In this document: positions 56,280 through 64,000 of the stretch, piece after piece
Numbering within the stretch: position 1 is the first letter of the stretch
How the letters are laid out: each line of letters begins with the position of its first letter
NCBI GenBank assembly: GCA_009103225.1
Contig: RHPI01002823.1
Coordinates: forward strand, 443,104 to 507,103
Length of the DNA stretch: 64,000 nucleotides
Origin: Chlorokybus atmophyticus
Taxonomy: Eukaryota; Plantae; Mesostigma and Chlorokybus algae
Direction: 5' to 3'
Notes under the pieces: model-generated
What the model was told of the DNA's origin: nothing
Seen by the model: the letters and a program-made list of their open reading frames with translations, nothing else
Database searches by the model: none
Position numbers and translations under genes: made by a program

Positions 56280-59200
56280 TCATCGCGTCTCCGTTCCCGC
56301 AGGCACTGCATTGACCGGCGCTTGTCCTCGTCCTCGGCTGCTTTTTGCGTCCATGTGATAACCGCCTCGTCCTTGCCCGCCGTCATTGAAATAGCCACCT
56401 CTCCCTCCCCTTCCTTGACCCCTGTTGCCGCCGCCACCCCCGCCATACCCTCTGCCACTATATCCCCTCATTCCACTCCCACCCCTAGGCATGGCATTCT
56501 GTGGTGCCGGTCCACGCATCATCTCAGGACGTGCACCATCGATGCCTAGCTGTCACACAAAGATATGAGCCGTTGAAGAACTCTGCCTGATTCAACCCTA
56601 ACAGTCACACTCTGACTCACCTTGGACTCGCCCAAAAAATTGAACATAGGCATGCCGGCTTCATGTCCGGGGGGTGGCATGACAGGTGCGGGACCAGGAA
56701 CTTGCATGTACGGCTGCTGGAAGTAATGCGGAGGCAATCCCATCTGCACATGGTTGCCTTATTGAGAAAGACGACAGTAATGCAAGGCTCAACCTCTGAG
56801 AGAACACCAGCAGACCTGAGGTGCATAAAATGGCTGCATCTGCTCCATATCGCGCCCGAGCTGATGGTGCATGGGCAAACCTTGCGGATCGTGTGTGAAC
56901 GGTGGCAACATGCCGGCAGGTGGAAGAGCAGGTGTATGCGGAGGTGAAATGGATGGTATCAAAGGCACAGGTGGTGCCATGGGCACCATAGGAGGCGAGG
57001 GTGCATGTACAGGCTGCTGTTGCATGTCACAAGTGTTCAGTTCACTAATATACATGCTGCAATGGCTTTCACAGCAGATTCACGGCAGGATGCTAGTCAC
57101 CGGTGCAGGAGCTGGTGCAGGAGATTGTTCTCTGGAAGGTCGTGAGGCCGGTTGAACATGGTTGGCAACGGGCGCCTCAGCCACTGAAGGCTGTGGCTCA
57201 TTGTGAACGTCATCAAGAGAGTGGACGTCTTGAACAAGATCTGGCGTCATCGTGAAGTAGGCCGAAGACACAACACGTGCCAGACACTCATGGATTCGCT
57301 TATCTGTGACTGGAGTCAAGGTGAAGCGTGCAGGCTTCTGCGTAGACACATTCAGCAGGACTCAGCTAGCACAGCATAACAAGCATCGCTCAGGGGATAC
57401 AAGTGACATCTCCAAGGACAGCGCTGTCGACAGGTGACGCATCTGCGCTCATGAACTTCTTTGCGTGCTCCATGCAGCCAGCAAGAGTCTCATCATGGGA
57501 GATAGCGACCCCAGCAGGGCGAGAAGTCAACATGCGCCCAAACTGTTTGCATGCTCAAAAACCATCAGAATTATGACGTGCAAGGTACAAAGCAAGCGGA
57601 CCATGCTCAGAAACCAACGACAGAGTTCATACTGACCACCTCTAATTACCTTCGCAATCAAATCAAGATCCACTTCCTGCAACTGGGCAGTGGGTTCGGT
57701 GCTGCCATCAGCCTCCTCGCCCTGGTCATAGCTGAGGCAAGCCTTCCGCTCAACCTGCTGAACTTTCTGCCAGGTTGCTATATACTCTGCTGGTTGCACA
57801 TCAAATAGGCGGGCAAAGTACAGCAGACGAGCGAGCACGTGAAGATCTTCAACTGAAACAGTGTCAGCTGGCGCCGGTGCTTCTTCCACAACTTCTGGAT
57901 GCGGATTTGCAGCAGTTTCAACCGGCTCTGCAGCCTGCGTTTCTGCTGGCGGTGTGGTGATGGCAGCCTGCATAGCCATGTCATGTCAAGGTAATTTCCC
58001 CTATTTTCATCACCAGTGCCAGTAGTGATGCAAATGTACAGTACTCGCGCAGCTGCTGCGCGATCAGCAGCCTCCTCAGCCAGTGCAGCTTGGATTGGTG
58101 CTCGTAGGCGCTCATACTCCTCAAGTAGCGTCTCCACAGCAATGCGGCTCCTGAGAACAAGGAACTGCTCGATGCCAACACCGGTGCATACTCGTGGTCA
58201 CCAACACAACAATATGGTTCATAGAATTCATGGAATCCACATGGGTCAGTGCCATCATTCAGCCGCACCTGAGGACGGCTTGTTGCTCTTCGTTTAGGGT
58301 CTTGCCTTCTGACACTGAAACCTCCAACCTCTTTATACGTTCTAACTTCTTACGCAGTGCACGGGATTTGTTGGATAATATCTGCGAGCAGATCACAAGT
58401 CCGTCATGCTACGTGCATGCAAGTACTACAGAACCTTGTCGCAGTGAAGGTAGTTGTCAGCACTTTGCACAACAGAGCATGGCTGCATGGTAATCAAAAT
58501 GCATACATTGTGGGACAACCATCATGTGCACTGATTGACACGAAGACCCTGAGTCCGCAAAGCTTACACGCAGCACTGGGCTGTCTGACTTGTTCTCCTT
58601 GTCCTCCTCCTTCTCCTCTTCTTTGACCACAGCTTCAGCTGCCTTGGACTTCTTCTGCCTGGGTGGCCGCTTTGCCTTCGGCTTCTCAACCTGCATGAAT
58701 GCCATTAGTTCTGCTGCATGCATGTGATTGAGCAACATGCATCCTCAACATCCAACTACACTACTCTTCGCTACTTGCTTTTACAATGGAAACTTCTCCA
58801 TTGCATGGCACTCTTACTCTAGGAACGGTAACAGCAGGCAATGCAGCATGCAAAGGCATACAATCGCTTACGGCCACATTGTGAGCCTCAAGCAGCTTAC
58901 GCTCGCAATGTGCAATGCAAAAGCTAAAGGGACAACCAAAAAGTCCGAAGCACCGACTACTGACAACATGCATGCAACTACTTGGTGCGATGCACCTCAC
59001 CGTGCTAAGCCGAACACGTGGTGAATGACTTCATGTGCACTGACCTTGTCGCTGCCTCCTTCCTGCACAGAAGAGATCACCGCTGCCGCCGGCTCAGCAT
59101 GCACAGCTTCGGGCGAAACAGCGCGTTCATCTCCACCCGTGGCTTCAGCTGCTGCTGTTTCTGCTTCTGCTTCTGCTTCTGCTTCACCTCCGGCTTCGGC

Positions 59201-59350
59201 CTCAGCAGCAGGAGCTGCTGCTGACTCCGCAGAAGCCGAGGGGCTGTCGCCGCTCACGGGCTGCTCCTCAACGACCCGCTCAACCTGCACAGCCTCCGTA
59301 ACGCCGCCGGGATCGCCGGCGGCGGCGTCGGCCGCCGCCTCGGCCTCCAT
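56280..59350 (-). CDS. Caprin-like, glycine/RGG-rich RNA-binding protein (similar to Arabidopsis At1g27090)
   Basis: Exons 59350-59045, 58690-58568, 58381-58269 (NKSRALRKKLERIKRLE...GKTLNEEQQAVLR), 58150-58045, 57967-57650 (LLYFARLFDV, ERKACLSYD), 57542-57401 (CMEHAKKF), and one from 57303 (VVSSAYFTMTP), then Pro/Gln-rich and RGG-rich 3' exons to TGA 56280. The 3' exon boundaries are approximate. Confidence 0.85.
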
Positions 59351-59381
59351 GGCAACAACACAGAGAGCAATGTTGCTTTCA

Positions 59382-59390
59382 AAACCCTAA
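59382..59390 (+). promoter_or_regulatory. Telo-box (AAACCCTAA) in the bidirectional promoter between the Caprin-like gene and UNC-50
   Basis: Exact motif 32 nt upstream of the Caprin-like ATG; function is inferred. Confidence 0.4.
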
Positions 59391-59746
59391 TTCAAAGCCT
59401 GCAAGGTCAGTACCAACAACGCCATCTGCAACGCTGTTTGCACAGGGAGTTTCCCGGCTATTGTGCGGAAGTAACGCCTTCTGCAACACTGCCTGCAACG
59501 CTACAATTGTGCAGCTCTGGTAGTTGACGACTACGTGGCAGGCGGCGGCGACGGTGGCGGCGTCGTTGGCGACGGCGAGGGTGCGTGGAGCCGCGTAGGG
59601 AATCCACTTGGATTGAGAGAGCATGGAGCTCAGGTGGTGGAGGGGCTGCATGTCAAGGTGCTGAGTAGGGCAGCTGCCAACGGGCCGAGATCTGGTTGCC
59701 GTAGCTGGCTGGTGTGGCCTCAGCCAGCAGCCAGCTGGCACTGACC

Positions 59747-61705
59747 ATGCTGCCCACCACTACGTCTCGAGCTGCCGGCGGGAGCGGGGGACGCGCGCCT
59801 TATCGGAGCTACTCCTTCTTGCCACAGTACTTTCGCCGCATTGTGAAAGTAAGCGAGCGTGTCTCAGCCGCATGCGCCCTCGGGGCATGCAGTTGACAAC
59901 CAATTGCGCATGTATGCATTTGTCAATAACTATCCAATCGACTACAGCGATATGTCAAGGGCTCTGGTGTCTGCTAAGCGACAGACACGCATAGCTTACT
60001 GTTGCATGTGACGGCAATGGCCACAATCGGGTAGCAAAACGTCTGCAGCTGAGTTAAGGGCAAGGGAAGCGTTCAAAGACAGTTTTGAGAAAGAAAGTCT
60101 GTTAACTGCACGACTTTTGTCAGATTGGCTGGCATATCATGTCTTTGACCAGCGTTGTTCTTGCATGGCAGTGGCGGCAGATGGATATCGAGTATACGTT
60201 CTGGCAAATGCTGTACCTATGCTTATCTCCAAAGACTGTGTAAGCCTGCACTGCATGCGAAAGGGTTATAATTCTGTTCGCAATACATCGGTCATGCAAC
60301 TGCATGATACGGGACAGTAAGCGTGATTGTTATTGATAAAACTTTTGCGTATGTTGGCAGCTACCGACACACCACTTATCGCAAGCGTAAGTCAGATGGT
60401 ATTCTGGCCGAATTTAGTGGCCGATTGGCATTGTTTTGGTATGCAATCAGGTGGCCCTGGCAATGCCACATACTGCTGACAGCACTGCTAGTGCAGAGAC
60501 CAAGAATCATTGGGCTCGAGATGATCCTGCATTTGTCGTGATCTGTAGCGTTTTCATTGCAGTATCAGCAACCGCCTTTTGTTTAGCGTAAGTTTCTAAT
60601 CAGCTTGCTGCTTCCGAAAGGGTTGTCATGGTTGCACTGCTCATCAACTGTGATGCGCACCGCTATGAACTCAGTGTGAGCGAGTCAGTACTGCCTTCAA
60701 CGGTTAATGTTGTGCGTTGCAGGTTTGGCGACAGTTTTGCACACTCTGTGCTCACCATAATCTCCGCGGTTTGCGTAGACTTCCTGTTAATAGGAATATT
60801 GTTGGCTACGGCATGTTGGTAAGTTGCCAGGACATGCGCTATGTTCGTCGCAGTCACAACCAGGAAAGTTTATCACTACATCTACTGCAGGGCGCTTGCC
60901 AATTGGTATCTTCGAGCGCTGCCGGCTGCCAGCAGTCACGCTGTTGAGCAGCGAGTGGAATGGTGAGTTCACTGAGCGCTTGCTCTGTGCCACTTGTGGC
61001 GAGATGTGTTGGACTATTGTAAGCATGCCGCCTGCATCCATCATGTTGAGATGCTGCAATGCTCCTGCTTGCTCTCATTCGTATCTCGTCCTGAGCCCCA
61101 AACTAATGCATGCTGGACAGGCTGTACGCGTTTGATGTCCACTGCAACTCTTACTTCCCCTTGTTTATAGCCCTTTACGGTACGAAGCTGTCGAACTGAG
61201 GTAGCACACTCTGTTGAGGCTGACAACTGTTGTGCTTCGCTTGCAGTTGTCCAGTACTTCTTCGTACCGCTTCTGCTGTCTCCTGGCTTTCTGCCAGCGT
61301 TGCTATCCGTGCTGTTATATGTCACCTCGTTCAGTTACTACCACTACCTCAATTTCCTTGGTTACAACGGTATGTGCATCATTGCTTGGCAATTGGCTCA
61401 CATTAAAACTTTGTACGTGTTGCTGATGCACTGCTGTTGGTGTGCAGCACTGCCGTTCTTGGAAAGGACTGAGTACTTTCTTTACCCTATTGGCGCCATC
61501 ATCCTCACGACCCCAATCGGTACGCTTTGCTGTCATCAACACTGGTTGCTGTCGGCATTCAATGAGAGGGCATGTTTGTTATCACTCGCATACTGGTTGC
61601 GAGATATAAGAATGGCTAACTTGTTATCGCTGTGCAGCTGTTCTTAGTGGCTTCAACCCAACAAGGTTTGCACTGAGCTTCTATTTTGGCCACCATCATG
61701 CTTAG
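59747..61705 (+). CDS. UNC50: UNC-50/GMH1 family Golgi membrane protein (258 aa)
   Basis: Ten exons (59747-59848, 60172-60239, 60361-60386, 60497-60587, 60723-60818, 60891-60962, 61121-61179, 61247-61369, 61448-61519, 61638-61705; 777 nt) give MLPTT...YFRRIVKWRQMDIEYTFWQML...QTKNHWARDDPAF...EQRVEWLYAFDVHCNS...YYHYLNFLGYNALPFLERT...SGFNPTR. Confidence 0.95.
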
Positions 61706-62633
61706 CACAAAAGCAAAGCAAAGAGGGTCGCAAGTTGGGCAGCCCACAGCACACACGAGTCGCCCCATGGCACTGATAAAGCCAACACCTTTGTGCAGCC
61801 GCATTTGGGCGCCTTGACTGTCTTTATGGCACGGGTGAATAGTCTCCCATCATGCTGCTGCGTTGCAAGTAAAGGCAGAACGGTGGTGCAATGTCACATT
61901 CAAAGCATACTGTGTGAAAAAAAAAAAAAACGTAGCGCTCAACCCAATGGCAATGGCTAAGTGCATGCAAGGGAAGCAGAAAGGTTGACTAGCAAAGCTT
62001 ACAAGCACATTTGCTTAGCTTGGAAGCACATGCCACATCACATGCAAAGCACACATTCACACAGCTGTGGTTAACACCCCATGCATGCGACAATTGCAGC
62101 ATGGTATCTCGTGTATGCCATTATCGACACAACACTAGCTTTGTTAAGGTGGGTTAAACACATTTTGTAGGTAGATGCACATGATGCGGAGGTGAGAATC
62201 TGACGGCAGCAGCAGTACTAGTGCCTCGTGGTGCTACAATCCATGGCAGGATCTGCAGATGCGAAAGCAATTACAGTAAGGGGTGGGTTGATTGCTTTTC
62301 CTATGCCATGTTGCAAGTGGCCCAGGTGCCTTGCCAAGTTGATGCGGTCTGACTTGCATTTGATAAATCATTTTCTATCCTCCTTACAACTGCAAGCATA
62401 AGGGCAAAGTCGAGGCACGTAGTACAAGCACACAGCATACCACAACGTGTAGTGCATTGGATTCAAGCCCTGTAGGCTAGTGGTGGTGGTGTTGTTTAAA
62501 TAAAGTGTCATTATGTGGGTGTTTTGTTTTGTTTGTGCGCTTGGCATAGAGTGTTGCAATATGGATTCATATGCCCCAAGCAGGCAGGACATGACAACCG
62601 ACATATACACATAAACCACTGCACGAGCTCCAC

Positions 62634-62662
62634 TAGGCTAGGCTAGGCTAGGCTAGGCTAGG
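62634..62662. repeat. (CTAGG)n microsatellite
   Basis: About 6 tandem CTAGG units. Confidence 0.85.
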
Positions 62663-64000
62663 GGGGCTGGTTTTCATTCAATGCACATTAATATGTGTAA
62701 GGCAGGACATGTGAGCAGGGTAGGAATGACGCAAACTACCGGCAGGCAGTACTCAGTTTACCTGCATTGTGCCACGAGGATGTTCAACATTATTAATGTC
62801 AACAACATTGATCAATCATATTCTTTGATCAGTTTAATAGGTATTGGTAGCAACAATGGTAGGCCTGTATAGTGTAAACTTCTGTATTCATATTTGCCCG
62901 AATACCCCCCCCNNNNNNNNNNNNNNNNNNNNNNNNNNNNNNNNNNNNNNNNNNNNNNNNNNNNNNNNNNNNNNNNNNNNNNNNNNNNNNNNNNNNNNNN
63001 NNNNNNNNNNNNNNNNNNNNNNNNNNNNNGGGGGGCTTTGTTTGACAGGCCCCTTTTAAGGACGCAATAGTGCCCTAATACACCCCCCTTCGTTGATTTT
63101 GCCGGGGGGGCTTTGTTTGTAGGGGGGGGGCATTCGGGCACATACGGTAGTGGTCGTGCTGAAGTATGCATAAAGTCAACCCCCTTCTTTGCACCTACTT
63201 GCCTAGCTGTGACGGGAGCAATAATAATAGGGGTATTATTGCGACCTAAATAACACATTTTGTATGAATAAGTATTTAAATATGCTTATTTATACCTCTT
63301 TTCTGCGGTTCCTCGCTTATTAAAGGCTATGATGCTTTATCATAGCTTAAATAAGTCCCAATGGGTGTAGAACCGCTTATTCAAGCCTATTTAGTGTCAC
63401 ATTTGATATAATGTGATCACTATCTCGTTAGGTACCTTACGATAGGTATCTTTGGATAGGTACCTTATCGATAGGTACCTTATTTAAGCTGTGATTGGCT
63501 CACGCTAGATTTCCTAACTACCCTATCTGTAGGGTCGATGTCTAGTTGTGAGTTAATTATCGAGAGGTATATAGTTGATACTCTTGATATAAAAGGTCAC
63601 ATTAATCTGATGTGGGGACTTTCAGTTCTCTGCTCAGTGGCGGCCACGCCGTTGAAAGGCTTGTCATAGGCGGTGTGGGTGTTGGGGTAGAGGATTGAAG
63701 GGGCATCACCGGCGACGGTGGTGCTGTTACACTAGCACTATCAGAGCAACGCTTTTGGATGAGCGTGTACATCCATTGTTTAAACACGAATTGAAGCCAT
63801 TTGCTTGGCCACAACTTTTAAAAAGTTTGGCTCGCAATGCGGGTATAATGTAGCCATAAAATTGTATTGCAACCGTTAGCATGTTAGTCACCAAGTGTTT
63901 ATGCCGTATGCAAACGAATGTGCCAAGCGCACTCACCATAACACGACTACCTTAATCTTAGCAAACGCTGAGATGTGACTATTCAGATATGATTCGAAGC

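Noticed and set aside
62891-63144. ~22-bp inverted repeat flanking an N gap, with G/C runs and PIF/Harbinger-like GGGCTTTGTTTG motifs
   Set aside because: The interior is a gap and no TSD or ORF can be established. Possibly a small DNA transposon, but not supportable.
1-64000. CRISPR arrays, rRNA/tRNA genes, prokaryotic operons
   Set aside because: None seen. The DNA is eukaryotic with spliceosomal introns, and the short repeat arrays lack constant repeat-spacer periodicity.

Overview
Intron-rich eukaryotic DNA (GT-AG introns, several N gaps) from a green alga, most likely an early-diverging streptophyte (charophyte). That assignment is inferred from plant-like ARP4, UNC-50, MUB and At1g27090-like proteins together with an algal/cyanobacterial-type CHLH2. 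Gene-dense flanks (left: ARP4, VAMP7, 26-exon CHLH2-type Mg-chelatase H; right: MUB, a small AROS-like gene, a Caprin-like RGG protein, UNC-50) enclose a ~36 kb nested transposon island (~15.9-52.3 kb). The main finding is two diverged copies of a Ty3/Gypsy-type retroelement (copy A 25737-37210, minus strand; copy B 17190-51302, plus strand, heavily interrupted). Both encode Gag, protease, a C5 cytosine DNA methyltransferase, RT, RNase H, a DDE integrase and a PHD finger. Neither has ordinary LTRs. Both have split direct repeats (A...B-A-B), and the internal B|A junction is the palindrome GACA-GC-TGTC, which reproduces an end-to-end junction of the element's own TGTC...GACA termini. The island also contains a DIRS/PAT-like tyrosine-recombinase retrotransposon with a Dam-like methylase domain, two CACTA-like insertions, a gap-collapsed LTR element and a split DDE transposase. 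All alignments and exon calls were made by eye, and family assignments come from remembered motifs, not database searches.
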